Origin: Amoebophrya sp. A120
Taxonomy: Eukaryota > Protista > Dinoflagellata
Reading direction: 5' to 3'
NCBI GenBank assembly: GCA_905178155.1
Contig: CAJINV010000020.1
Location: forward strand, 744,001 to 808,000
Length of the DNA stretch: 64,000 bases
Positions 12,001-23,927 of the stretch are shown here, piece by piece. How positions within the stretch are numbered: position 1 is the stretch's first letter; every line of letters starts with the position of its first letter. A model generated the notes under the pieces. The model was given only the letters and a program-made list of their open reading frames with translations, had not been told where the DNA came from and did no database searches. The position numbers and the translations under genes were made by a program.

Positions 12001-13962
12001 TTTCCAGATCACGCGCGAGGCCCGGCGACCACCAGACTACACCGGCCCTCTGGAGACGTGCGCGGAACTCCAGGCGCGCACGAAGGAAACCGACCAAAAG
12101 ATTGTCCGGTGCGCTAACCACATCCTGGTCGACTGCGAGGGGCATTGGGAACCGTATAAGACGCTTGCCGAGGTGGAAACTGCGTGCAACGACCCCGCCA
12201 GCGTCCCGCACATCGCCGGCAATTTCGCTTTGCAGTTCGTCGTGGAGCAGGAGGGTCTGAACGCCGGGAAAACGTGCGAACATTTGGCTAACGAGACCAA
12301 CTTTCTGCTGCCCGACACGTTTTTCTTCAACACGGAAGATGGTGCGGCCGCAACACGGCAGCTGATGCGGACCACGACGGGAGAGGACGAGGACAAAATG
12401 GTGCTGATCAACGAACAGATCCAGTGTGCGGACTTCATCACGACGACTCCTGCTGGTGGAGGCACCACCAGCACTACTACCAAAGCGCCAGAAGAAACGG
12501 AAGAAGAAACCACCGAGGAGGAAGGTGGCGTGCCCATGGTGGTGATCGTGGTGCTGATCGTGGGGCCGCTGGTACTTCTAGGTCTGGGCAGCTTGATCGC
12601 GCTGGTGGTGTGGAAGTTGGTGCCGCACGACTACAGCCTGCTGGAGGACGACGGCCTACTACTTCCGGAAAATATGGATCCGGAGCAGGGAGGAGCGGAC
12701 AAGGACAAAGATGGCGTAGCCAACAACTACGTGCACCCGGGCGAGCACATCATCCAGGTGCGCAAGTCGGCCGCCACACGGGAGCGGGAGGAGCAGGCGC
12801 AAATCGCCATGCTGCAGGCGGAGCCGAACAGTGCAAACCGGTACACGGAGCAGGCGTTGTTTAGTATCGCCGAGTCGGGGCAGCTGCCATATGGGTCCTC
12901 GTCCGCGGAACCGGTCACCAAGGACTCCTCCGGGGAGCCGCACGACGAGTTTTTTTCCAAACACGACCACGTAGGGGACCCGATCGACAGCCGGGCCACG
13001 GATAACACAACCATGTTCAACATATCACACAGAAAAAAACTGGCAGGTCATATTTGTAATGCAAAAATAAACTGACAAAACAATAACAATTTGTATTGCA
13101 TATCCTAAGTAGCATGCTATGAGGCCGCCCATGACAGATTTTGCTGTGTATTTATTTTTGCATTACAAATATGCCCTGCCAGCATTTTGCTGTGGGATAC
13201 AACATCCCCAAAGCCTACGTGCGGTCCGGGTCCCACAACCACGGCGGGGCTCCGAAGCTTCCCCACGAGCACCTGGACTACACCTCACCGGAGAGCGACG
13301 GCGGGGAACAAGATGGTAGTGCACCTTCGTCGGCACCGGTGTCGGGGGCGGTAGGGAGGAAGAAGAAGAAGAAGGTAGTCGGGGGTGGGGACACTACTAC
13401 GCCAGGGGCGGCCGGTGCTGGTACCAAGAAGAAAAAGAAGAAGGCCGCTGCATTTGGGGCAAATACAACGAACGCATCAGACGACGGCCCGACGGATGAC
13501 GCGGAAACGTCGAACCCTACCGGAGATGAGCACGACACGGCCTCCTCGCACAAACAAGAGGGTGGGAGAAAAAGCAAAAAACCGGGCGTGAAGAGGAAAA
13601 AACCGGCCGCGAAGGACGGCTCCCCCTCGGACACTGGTGCAGCACCCGCCAAGAAAAAGGCGGCGGGCTTGGGCGGTTTGAAGAAAAAGAGGAAGGCCGA
13701 GGGCGACGCGGTCGCAATAGTAGACACGACCGGGGCCGTCGTGGTGGGGAGGGAAGATAGTGAGGAGGATGTTGCTCTGGAGCAGCTCCTACCAATAGAC
13801 TCGGGAGATGAAGTATCGTCGGAGCAGTTGTCCGAGGACGGGTCCTCGTCCATAGATGAAGATACCGATAGGAGTGCAGGCCAAAGAACTAGCAGCTCCG
13901 ATCAAGGTGAGACAGATGAAGAGGACAGACCTTTCTTAAGAAAAAGGCCGTTAGCGCCGTAG
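2..13962 (+). CDS. Giant Cys/Trp-rich type I membrane protein with divergent thrombospondin-1-like (TSR) repeats; 5' end outside the window; at least ~4,130 aa after removing 5 TIR introns
   Basis: ORFs 11-7315, 7430-8557, 8628-9314, 9626-10090, 10502-13075 and 13141-13962 join in frame on removing 312, 316, 350, 390 and 182 nt. Dozens of VDCxGxWxW...C...F...NGGxxC units. TM helix VPMVVIVVLIVGPLVLLGLGSLIALVVWKL (~12530-12620), then a charged cytoplasmic tail. Confidence 0.85.
2237..3420 (+). repeat. In-frame 246-bp (82-aa) tandem repeat, about 4.7 copies
   Basis: Units start at 2237, 2483, 2729, 2975 and 3221 (VDCVGVSTWTL...). The central units look identical at nucleotide level. Confidence 0.97.
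7276..7582. mobile_element. TIR introner family A, 307 bp, TSD TCCCG
   Basis: TATGGATGTGTCAGG...CCTGACACATCCATA flanked by TCCCG (7271-7275, 7583-7587). Removing 312 nt gives QDRSR|VVQMC. Confidence 0.95.
8389..8699. mobile_element. Older TIR introner, 311 bp, TSD decayed (GAGCG/AAGAA)
   Basis: TACGAGGATGAAAATTGTTCT...AGAACAATTTTCATCCTGATA. Element+5 = 316 nt matches the frame offset between ORFs 7430 and 8628. Confidence 0.8.
9270..9614. mobile_element. Older TIR introner, 345 bp, TSD ACTGC/AGTGC
   Basis: Degenerate TIR TATCCCGCACAGAAGTA.../...TACTTTTCTGGAGGATA. Removing 350 nt gives NHKHC|AKMFIW. Confidence 0.8.
10086..10470. mobile_element. Degenerate TIR introner, ~385 bp, TSD not recognisable
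   Basis: TATGACATTGAACAAGCATTACCCT...AGGGTGTTTTTCAATGTGACA. Removing 390 nt restores the C-x5-C repeat spacing (CADxRHC). Confidence 0.65.
13023..13199. mobile_element. TIR introner, 177 bp, TSD CAACA
   Basis: ~50-bp imperfect TIR (TATCACACAG...TGGCAGGTCATATTTGTAATGCAAAAATAAA). Removing 182 nt gives TMFNI|PKAYV. Confidence 0.92.
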
Positions 13963-15127
13963 TACTTTTCTTATCAGAAGCATACTGGAAGAACAGGAGT
14001 GGTCACTGTTTCTCTCATTGTGTCATAGGCCATGCTTTACTTACAGCACTGTGTGCGCAGCTCTTGAAATTGTTCTTGCCTTTAGATATTCAAGAAATAT
14101 ATGCCAGTACGAAATGGAAATCCCCAGAATCATGATAGCATTCAGTACCCCTAATTCGGAACAAGCATTTTGATTTGCCTATTAGACATTTTGATTTTTA
14201 CACTTTACACGTGTCCATTTTGATTTTACGCACAACATCAAGCTCTGTACTTTTTTTCAAAATCCAATGCATATACATTCTGCACAAAATCGAGATTATT
14301 TGTTACAAAGAGACAAAGAATATTTGAACTTAAAGTTTACCAGGTTACAGGCAACGCAGTTGTTTTATTTTTGATACTTGTTTACATCATTAGCGCGACT
14401 TTTTTTTTCCAATTTTTTTTTTTCATTCATTTATGCTTTAGAAATTTTCTCTTTTTATTTTTTTAGGATCATTCATTACGTAGTTCGACATGTGTTACAT
14501 CGTGGTCAATTTCCGTTCACATACGAAAAACGCGACCCAACGGGCGCGCCTATCCCATTAAAAATTAACATTAAGTAATTTCATTTCACAATTTACATAC
14601 AATTAGCGTGACGTTTTCAACATTTCAGTCAAAGTGAAACCCGCTCCCGAAAAAGTGTTTTGATAAAAAGCCCCCCCCGATGGAAAAACAAGGCCCAGAA
14701 AGTAACCCTAAGGAATTTCGTCTCATCTCTACTTCGAGCAAACGGGAGGTTAGTCTGTCTCACTCAGGACCAGCTCCAGCGCAGCAAGATGCAGCGCAGC
14801 AAGATGCAGCGCAGCTGTGCCGTTCTCCCGAATATTTTCTATTCCGAATATAACCACTTTGAACTATTGGCCAACGATCGCAGAGTTGAGTAGAGAGAAA
14901 CAGAAACAGAAAATTGAAAAAGAAAATACGAACTCAGTATTAAAGCGTTAAGGTAAGAAGCGCGCGAGGAGTGTGAACCTAGTACAAGAAGATTCCATAT
15001 GCGCAACAGCCGGTGCAGGTCTGTACCTGATCAAAAGGGCGGAAGAAGTCGCAAACCGCATAAGAGGGTCGAAAAGCATGAAAATTTGAACGCACGACCA
15101 TGAAGACTAAGTACATATGTGCAGTAA

Positions 15128-15616
15128 ATGCCCGCCACGAGAAACTCAGAGCTTCGGTGGCTGTGTGGTGGTGAAATAGTAGTTATTCCATTTTTTTCCA
15201 AAAGCACAGCCACTAGTTACCAATCAAAATCATCGATCAACGTGATCATGTCTACGTCAACATCGTATACTGAGGCGCAGCCTCAGGAGGCGTGTCAGAC
15301 CCATCGTCGTTTCATCTCAGCATCGGGTTGTTCATCAGCGTGGTTTGACAAAAACCCCTCCGCGGCGTCTAGTCACACATTTGCGCCTGGGACGGAACTA
15401 CACCAGCTTCCACCTCCTAACAAGGGCGACCTTGAGCTCGGCGCCCTTTGTTCGGCGTTGAGCAAGGTTCTTGCGCGGCAGCTGGAAGTGCGGGCGGAGT
15501 TGCTACACGCCCAGCAGAGGCTTGCGGAGGAATCCCAGCGGCTGGAAGCCGTCGCGAAACGGGAGCACGCACGGCTCGAGGCAGCGAAAGCAGTTTACTT
15601 GCGGCAAGGCGGCTGA
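15128..15616 (+). CDS. Possible small protein with a C-terminal coiled coil
   Basis: 162-aa ORF ending in a helical stretch (LEVRAELLHAQQRLAEESQRLEAVAKREHARLEAAK); no family recognised. Confidence 0.3.
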   Translation: MPATRNSELRWLCGGEIVVIPFFSKSTATSYQSKSSINVIMSTSTSYTEAQPQEACQTHRRFISASGCSSAWFDKNPSAASSHTFAPGTELHQLPPPNKGDLELGALCSALSKVLARQLEVRAELLHAQQRLAEESQRLEAVAKREHARLEAAKAVYLRQGG

Positions 15617-16006
15617 CGCTGCGGTGGAAAGAGAGTCTGAGTTTAAATGTGGCAAGAGGAGTCTACCTGTATGTAATTTCAACAAAATGTTTCAACGCAA
15701 ATGCGGGGACCGCTAGCAACATGCGCTTGTATCTTCGCCTAGTCTACTAGCACCGATATGGCGAGATCGAGAATGACGCGCTTCGATATGTGGCACCTCG
15801 CAGCTCCCCACAAGATCAAATGTTTCCGGTTTTTTATGTCAAATCAACCATCGAGGGAGGTTGGTTCTTGGCTATTGATTTTGTTCCTTTTGGAAAAGTC
15901 GTGAAAGTGAACCAAGTAGGAAGACTCACAGTTTCTGTTTCGAGCTGGAGCCAATAGGTGTCATCTCACCTGCAGCGAGCTGCGTGCCACCAGTTACAAG
16001 GATACA

Positions 16007-19000
16007 ATGCCGGTCGAAGAAGTAGACCACAAGGACACGGTTTGTTGTTGTTCGGCTGTAGTTCGCCTAGCAAATAATGCGTTTCGTCTGTTCGCGACAC
16101 CACCGGAATTTTCTCAGTTTGGAAAGTGCGTAGTATGTAGTTCATCAGAAGCAATTCGGCTGGAACTCGTGTTCGTGCGCGATCGTGTTGTTCAAGCTTA
16201 GTTGTGTTTTGTGGAAGGTCGGAGTTTTGCGGAGTCTTTTGTTCGACGTTAGTGAAAATGATTTCCGGACGAGGAGGTTTTGATCATTGAATACATATAG
16301 CGCCGCATTGACGATGAAGCCTCAGGTCGGCCGAGGACATCAGCATCACCACGTTATGGTGTGCTAGAAGAGCAACCAGAGCGACCTCTCAGAAACTGCC
16401 TCATCATGCCGGAGCTGTTGCTAAGTCGCCGGCCTCCGGAGGCAGCAGCTTTAGGTGCAGCTGCCGGCCCACTCAGCGGCCCGTTGCGCGTGCGCGGCGT
16501 GGTGGGTGCGGAGGCGATTGCAAACAAGGCGCGGGACCAGTTACAGCGATGAAAAACGCTTTCGCTTTCAAAATTTAAATTTTTTTGCAGCCCGTCTCTA
16601 GCATCCTGCCCAACTGACCGCATCTGCGTCATCCCGGTCAGCGACCCCACAAGCTGCTCCGGTTCCTCCAGCCTTGGAGTTGCTTTTTTTGCAAATGAAG
16701 TTTCTTGATGACGAATGGGAAGACGAAAGCACACAGCTAGCTTGTCGCGGTGATGGCTGGCGCAAGTTGCGTAGTGCTTGAGATGTTCCGTGAAGGATGT
16801 CTGAAGCAGGTAGACGCTAACCAGCGACACAAGCCTCCCAGCTTCGGCGCCCACCCTGGGCGCCATCCTATCCGCCACACCCTGCGAGGGAAGTCAATGG
16901 GGACGAGCCGCTATGGGAGATAGTTCCGCCTTGGAACAGCAAAGGTTAATGGTTGCCAATACTGATGGAAACAACGGGCGGTCTTCGAGTTGCCTCGAGC
17001 TGCCGCACTGTGTCCGCCCCACGTTGGGCGCTTGCAAGTTTCGTTCCAAAAAAAGGGAGAAGGGGCCGGGGTCCCTGTAAGAGCCTTGGAAAACATTGCG
17101 CGGCCAAACGCGTGGCCGTGGCGATGCTGGCGCGCGAGCCCACCAGGTACGAAGATAGACGCGACCGCGCGACGGCCCCCCAAACGGCTAAAGTGTTGGG
17201 CCAAGGTGGTTGGGCACGTAGCGGGCTTGTTTTCATTGGGCCCAGGCGCGGACACGTTGGGTCCGTAGCGATGACCATTTCGGAACCCCGGGAGCCCAGA
17301 TGATTCTGGCTCCAGGTGTTCTCTTTGCCCTTCATTATACCCCCCCCCTTGAAAGCGTTTTTTTGGAGGCCAAAAATCGCGAAAGCGTTTTTTACAGGAA
17401 CTAAAAAACGCTTTCACTTGATTTTTTTATAGCGCGTTAAGTCTTGCCAAAGCCCTTCCGAAGGGCAACACAAATGGCAACGCTTTTGGTCCTCCTGGTG
17501 ATAGTCAAAGTCCGACAATGTCGACTCAGGTCATCGCAACACAGGGAAAATTCCTCCTCACAACAAAGACAGCGAACATCGTCAGAAAGCGGCGCCTCGG
17601 TGCGTAAATGGTGACCGAATGGCCTCCAAAAACCGGCGGGCTCCTGCTAGTGTGTCTGCATGGGCTGGCGGATATCCAAGAAAAAACACGAACCCGCAGG
17701 AGGCATCTATGGCGTCGCAAACTTGTCGCCCAATAGCATGACAACCCAGCGCCCTTTCGTGACAAATTTCATGGAAGCCCTGCGCGGCAATTTGCGCACC
17801 GCGCAGGAGGTCTTGGACTGTAGAGAAGACCTGCTGCGGATAGGAGTTTGCGGGGCAACTTCACTGACGTTCCAGTGGGAGCACCGACCTCGCCTCCGGA
17901 TTTGGCCGACTACTTGCCGCGCCCCCCAGGGCGGTGCTCAGCATGCCGCTCACGGCGATGCGCAGCGCCGGGGCGCCCACCCCGGCAGCAAAGGACTATG
18001 CGGAAAAGCAGGCGCAATCGCGGTCGCATATTTGCGCCACCTATCACCGCGACAGGCTAAGTACATAACGAGAAGAAGAAACTGACGACATCAACACACT
18101 GAAGTGATTCAGGCAACAAAAAAAAGCTTCGCTGCTCACCTGCCCAATGCCTTCCACTTCAACGAGGCCACCAGCGGGGTCCTATCTGGGCCGACGCTTA
18201 AGGGGGGCAAAGAAAAATTTGATTTTTGAAAGCGAAAGCATTTTTCATCGTTGTACCAGTTCGGCGGGAGTCTGTGGCACAACCCCGTAGCCTTCGCCTG
18301 CCCAGGATATTACGCAGCAAGCGAGCGGTGGACAGCGCGTGGTCGCAGCTGTCAGGACGACCGCAGTCCCTCTTGTTGCGCGACCAGTACTAGACCGCGT
18401 TGTTCCCTACTGGAAGAAGGCTCGCCGAATAGATCCGGCGTTTCTACTCCGAGGAGGAGTGCTGGGAACAAGAATGGCCAAAGTGAAAACGCGGAAGAGG
18501 TGGAAGTCGTTGCTGGGGCGATTTCGGTCTGCTCTACTCCGCGAAACGAGCCACGTGACCGAGCAGCTACGGGCACGCCCGGGCGCGGCTCGACCTCTCG
18601 TTCAGGAGCTCAACAGGAGCCGAGGTGCAATACAACTTCTGGAGTGATGAAGAATGTGTGGAGCAAGGATATAGATCCAAGCGAGCTTCCACCAGCCGGC
18701 GTTGCAAGTCCCAGACATGTGAGTCCACGCAATAACCGAGCTAGTGTGCTGGCGGCTGCAGAATATCAAGCTGGAACCGTTGACCCTAATGTGGTTTCCT
18801 CGTCCTCCCTACGACAGGAAAAGACAACGAGCAACAACATCTGTGTGACGCCACGACAGAACAACATCTCGGAGCAGGACGGCCTCGGCAAGCGAGACCG
18901 ACCTGAACAAAAAGGTCCGGATGAGGAAGTCGGATGGGCGGCAAGATCTTCGAGCAGAACGTCACCGGTTTGTTCATCGTCCTCCTCCCGTTCCCGAGTC

Positions 19001-19942
19001 GAGCACGTGCTCTCCACCTCCAGGGACAAGATGAGTCTGCAGTTTCTACTGAAAAACAACTGTACGACGTCGAGCCCCTCGTCAAGAAGACGACCTGCAA
19101 ATGAAGATCTTCTGGTTCATCGGCCGCGGGACCGAACGTCCTCGGCGCGCTCCTTTGACGACGAAATATTCGTCCACGAGCATGATCTTACGGGAAGACA
19201 GTCGTTGTGTACTGGGACGACCACAAGAAGCCGGGCGCGCCGCTTTGTCGGAATTGGAGCTGCAAATCCTTCGACGAAAGGGTCCACCTCCCGACGTCAG
19301 CAACACCTCGCCGTTCCAACAGCCACGCGCTCTCCCCCCGCGCAGCATCTTCTGCGAACGCAGCACTTCGACGCGGCAGCGCGCGACGGCGAGACGTCGC
19401 AGCTCCCGGGCTACAAGCCGGCGCGGCCGCGGTCCGTGCCCCACTTGGGGCACTGTCCGTTGCAGGATGAGTCCCTTACCTGGCAAGAACATCAGCGGTC
19501 CGCGGAGCCTCCGCACGAGAATACGGAGGATCCACTAGAGGAGGGGATGGTGCGCCGCGAGCGTATTTTTCCCGCGGACGCCAACCCGCATTGTCGCCTC
19601 CGAGACCGCTCGGCCAACCACGTCATGCTCACAGAGCTGCAACAGTACATGGCAGCGAGGGATGGTGCTGAACTTGGAGTGGGCGATACGAACGTGTTGG
19701 GTGCCAATAATCCGAGCACCTTAGTTCTGGAAGACCGCTCGCCCGGAAAAGCGAGTAGTCGGACTTCTTCGCGCGCAACCTATGTGGGTGCGCTGCACGA
19801 AGAACACGCAAAGGCCGGTGCTCTCCGTCGAGTCGAGAAGCAAGGTAAAAAGTTGGGCGTCATCAATGCAATGCGAACAGCTCCTGCTGCTGAACTGGAG
19901 CTGGACGAATTTGCAACACCTCCTTCTGTGTGGCTCTCTTGA
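16007..19942 (+). CDS. Hypothetical S/R/T-rich low-complexity protein interrupted by a 1.7-kb TIR element
   Basis: ORFs 16361 and 18251 join in frame (ANKARDQ|FGGSLW). Start at 16007 via a putative GT-AG intron ~16040-16300 is tentative. Confidence 0.6.
16542..18255. mobile_element. Large TIR element, 1714 bp, TSD CCAGT
   Basis: TACAGCGATGAAAAACGCTTTCGCTTTCAAAA...TTTTGAAAGCGAAAGCATTTTTCATCGTTGTA, flanked by CCAGT (16537-41, 18256-60). 1719 nt is a multiple of 3. Confidence 0.93.
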
Positions 19943-20040
19943 TGGCACAAATTCGTCATGACCACAGACCACTGAATCAATAGGACGAAGCTACTTCTCC
20001 TTCAAGTTTGGAATTGGATAAAGTTCAAGTTTTTGCACGC

Positions 20041-21718
20041 ATGTTTGCTTTATCACTATCAGGTTCTAGCGCTGGCATACTCGAGGTTGGACAGCAGGAT
20101 TCTGTCGAGAATGGAATTACGACCACGGGTGAGAGCGACGATGCGGATGCGAAGTCCGAAAAGCCAAAAGCCAGAAATTGGGTGCCTCCCGGTACTCCAT
20201 TTTTTTGAGATAGGTGTACGTGTTGTAGCATAAACCTAAGGGAGTGTTCGTGTATACAACCCGGAGGTCGTCGACTTGTGAAGGTCATCATGTTGTCTTG
20301 CGCTTCTGTGCCGATAATTTTCGAGTCTCGCTTTACCCTTTGTCACAGGCAAGCGAATTTCTTCCTTCGCGAAGCATTTGAGGGCACGCACAGCACTGGA
20401 GCTGAAGGAAAGCAAACAGTTGATGCCGATTTCGGAACATCAGCACACCAAACTCCAGCCCGCGGCCTCGTCTGCTCGGCGATCCCCAACTACTAGGTCC
20501 CCTGTCACCGCCTCTGTGCTGCGAAAACCAATTCTCGCGTCTTCCCCGCTGCGTTCGAGCGGAAGAAGTAGAGTAAGCGAAGAGCACCAGCTTTTGGACG
20601 TGGTTCTCGAATCGGCTCCCGCGAGGCAGCCGTCCAGCTATGGAACCCTCCTGGACTTACCCCAGCGGCACTCGCACAGGTAAGTATCTACTCGGCGTAA
20701 GGTAGACCAACAGCGAAACTATCTCTCTGTGTCTCTCTCTCAAAGTCATTTTGTACAAGCACTTTGCTCATTCGTAGTTTGTGCAAGTACTCGTGCCCTG
20801 CGTGAATAGTGCGGTGAACAATGAGGAGCATCTTGTTCTTTCGAAGCACTAGCACGAGCAAATTCGAGTCATTTTAGCTGCGGTCTCAATCAGACGTTTT
20901 TTCGCATTACAACAGTTCCGTGCAGCTGAACGCCAGCCGCGACTTGACTCAGAATGAAAGTTCTGGCCGCTCGCCCGCTTCCTCAGCTCGCGCGTCCTCC
21001 GCAGCAAATGCGAATGAAAAGAATTCGGTCCTTTCCGCAGGAAACATGAAGAAAACGAACACTACAATTACGGGCCATCGGGGCGGCACTGGTAGTGTGA
21101 CCACAAGCAGCACCAGCCGTCATAAAGCAGCAAGCTCCTCGTACATCCTTAACAGCTTGGCGGAAATGCGCGCGGCCAAAGCCTCGTCGCGATTAACGCG
21201 GAACAGCGCTGCGGCGGCCGTGTCTACTTCTGGGGATACTCTGCAACCTCCTTCAGCGAGGGGTGCACGACCCACCGCTGCATCCGAGACTAAGAGGAGC
21301 GTAACATCATCATCAGCCCGTGCCGTAGCAGCGGAAGAAGTGGCGGTCAGCACGAACATTAGAGCCTCGCCCACCTCCATCTCGCAAGCTTTGCGCACCC
21401 CCACGTCCACCTCCTCTGCGCAGGTGCTGAGTAATCTCTGGCGGTGTCCCTCGGTTGGTCAGCAGAGCGGGGGAGTGCGACGGGTGCCGTCGGCTAGAAC
21501 CCCCAGGACAGTCGAGCGCGGCCCATCGACACGAAACACGTAAGACGATTAAAAAGCTGAATGGGCAGCTCCACCTGCTTTGAGTTTACTGCTTCTTGCA
21601 TCAGTGCTGTGCGGAAATTAAAACAGTCTCATGCAATAAACTACAAGAAAAAAAAAACAGCCCGCGTCGAGTGAACTCGGCACTCGCATCCGCCAAAGCT
21701 AGTTTCAGTGCCAGTTAA
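20041..21718 (+). CDS. Hypothetical S/T/A/R-rich protein, 4 exons with canonical introns
   Basis: Phase-compatible GT-AG introns (~20192-20348, 20680-20915, 21540-21660) link ORFs 20008, 20378 and 20920; stop TAA 21716-18. Confidence 0.55.
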
Positions 21719-23218
21719 GTGGTGGAAAGGCTCACGAACACGACCTGCTGACAGCCGGAGTCGGAAGTGCAAGGAGCTCTCCACGACTTTCATTCGTGAA
21801 AATTGCCGAGCGACAGCGAGGACGATGAAGCGCGCCGGCCGGCCTTATTGCCAGTTGAATATCAGACGACTATATATCATCCAAAGAAATCATACCTTCA
21901 ACAGCGCACCATCGTGACCGAAGATGTGTTGACCTACTTTGAGAATACTGTACTTTTACCGAATATTTTTTCTTGTTGGACTTCCGGCACCAGCGAAGAC
22001 CTTCTATGGTACTATCACTACGCGCCAGATCTTCCGACACCAAAATGCACCGAGCGCTTACAAATACAACGGTTGTCACAATCATGAACCACAACTACCA
22101 GCATACTACAACTTGAATACTTTGTTCTCCTTCGCAGATGTCGACACGCCATTCTCATAATGCTTTTTTTGACGCCAGCACTCGTCGACCTTCCTCTCCT
22201 CGACCACAGAAGTGAAATTTTGATTTTGTCTACGTTGAACTTTTCGCAAAGAGAGTTGTTTTTGGCACTCGGGAAAGGGCGGCCACGCATGAAAAAAAAA
22301 TGAACACTTAGCGACTAGTATGAGATTGTGCAGTTGCTGCAGCTCGACCTCATGGAAGCGCAAGATGAAGATCGCAGCAAGCAGCGAGCCATCAAATAAA
22401 CACAACTCTACCTGCCGATGGGTTTGCCCTCGAAGAAGCAACCTGAGCGTTAAACCCTCTCTATCAGTAGCAAGCCACGTAAGACGCAATCTTAGTGCAC
22501 GGAGTGAGGATCTCTGCTGCAAGACAGGGACGTCGCCTTTTGGAGCCTCACTTCGGCGACGCCTTGCGTCTTGTGCTTTCCCAAGAGTTCTTCTTACTTT
22601 TGGTTTTGGGGATGCGATCCTGTTCAACAGATGTATAGCGACATGGATACCCGTCAGCGTCACTGATTCCGACCACTCAGAAGTTGAACTACGTCTACGT
22701 TAGCGCAGCGATAGGGCGTAAAGGCTAAAAATACCGATCCATTGGCTTATTTCCTGAAATTTTTGACGGGATATACCATTTCGCAGTTGTTCCAACGTTC
22801 GGAAGCGAGGGTAGAAGTAGCGGAGAAATAACTTTAAACGCGAAGGAGCAGGTCTGGCTTTCTTGCTAAAATGGAATACAAAGAATCGTCCGTGTCGTTG
22901 CCTCCTCGGGATCGGGATTCTCATCGTTTAACAAAGTCAACAAAGTAGATTTCGACATCATCTTCAAGTTTTTCTCACCTTGGCAGTGCCCTCCTTGTCC
23001 TTCAGGTTTAGCCTATCGGCCCAACACTGCTAATGCATGAGTTCATTCGCTAGCGCTCGGGATAACAAACGTCGCAGTCTTTTTCTAGGTGATCGAGATC
23101 GTGGAACAAGATTCAAATCCTCGACATCGACGACGAGCAAATTTGTCAGCATCAGCACACCAAAGTAAGTATACTCGAAGAAGAAACGAGTCTCGCGCAA
23201 ATAGTCGTCCACATTACC

Positions 23219-23927
23219 ATGGTTGTCCAAACCTGTAACAATTGCGGTGGCCGGGGGCACATCGCCAAGGACTGCCCATCCGAAAAAACGTGCGACTGCT
23301 GCGGGCAGCCGGGCCACCTGCGCGCCGACTGCGACAAACGGGACAAAATTTGTGACTTGTGCGGGAAGCGGGGGCATCTGAAAATCAAGTGCCGACAGCC
23401 GCAGGCAAACAGCTACAACAAGAACCGGGGAAGGGCAGATAGGAGTCGGTCAAGGGAAAGACGATACAATCGCGGTGTCAAACCTAAATCCCATGAGTGG
23501 TTTGATTGCTTTTTATAAAAAGACTCGTAGAAAATTCCAGAGGCGTCGGTGACGCGGCGTCCGTCACAGTGACCGCTCGCCGTCGCCTCACACTCGCCCT
23601 AAGAAAATGCGAATACTTAAAAAATCTCCGAGCAACTCAACTTCTGATGATACTCGTGGCGCAGCAGGGAAGTCCAATTCCAAGAAAAAGATCTTTTCAA
23701 AAACAGGCGACGACGATGAGTGTTATCCAGTACGCGGGTCTTCTTCGCAGGCGTGCAGGAACTGCGGGAAATTCGGCCATGACGGTGCGCAGTGCCGGGA
23801 CCGCAAGGAGTGCTACCGTTGCGGGGACTGGAACCATGTGGCGCACGAGTGTCCCGCAAAGGATAAGAGCTGCGACACCTGCGGAAAGCGAGGGCATCTG
23901 AAAATCAAATGTGATCAGCGAAGATAA
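23219..23927 (+). CDS. Six-CCHC zinc-knuckle RNA-binding protein (CNBP/Gis2/Air-like) with an RS-rich linker
   Basis: Three CX2CX4HX4C in ORF 23219 and three in ORF 23607, joined by removing 82 nt between CGCGG direct repeats (23471-75, 23553-57). Confidence 0.88.

Noticed and set aside
14777-14815. 15-bp tandem repeat CAGCGCAGCAAGATG, about 2.6 copies
   Set aside because: Ordinary slippage repeat in intergenic DNA.
21719-22087. Coding-looking frame continuing through TAA/TGA stops (stop-codon reassignment, known in one Amoebophrya lineage)
   Set aside because: Multi-kb ORFs here have no in-frame stops and genes end at TAA, TAG or TGA, so the standard code fits; probably UTR or a remnant.
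22106-22924. Minus-strand ORFs of 185 and 74 aa
   Set aside because: No recognisable domain, interrupted by a stop and against the gene-block orientation.
23219-23927. CCHC protein as retroelement Gag, or as TRAMP partner clustered with the nucleotidyltransferase
   Set aside because: No pol or LTR nearby, and it lies >20 kb from the NTase gene with unrelated genes between.
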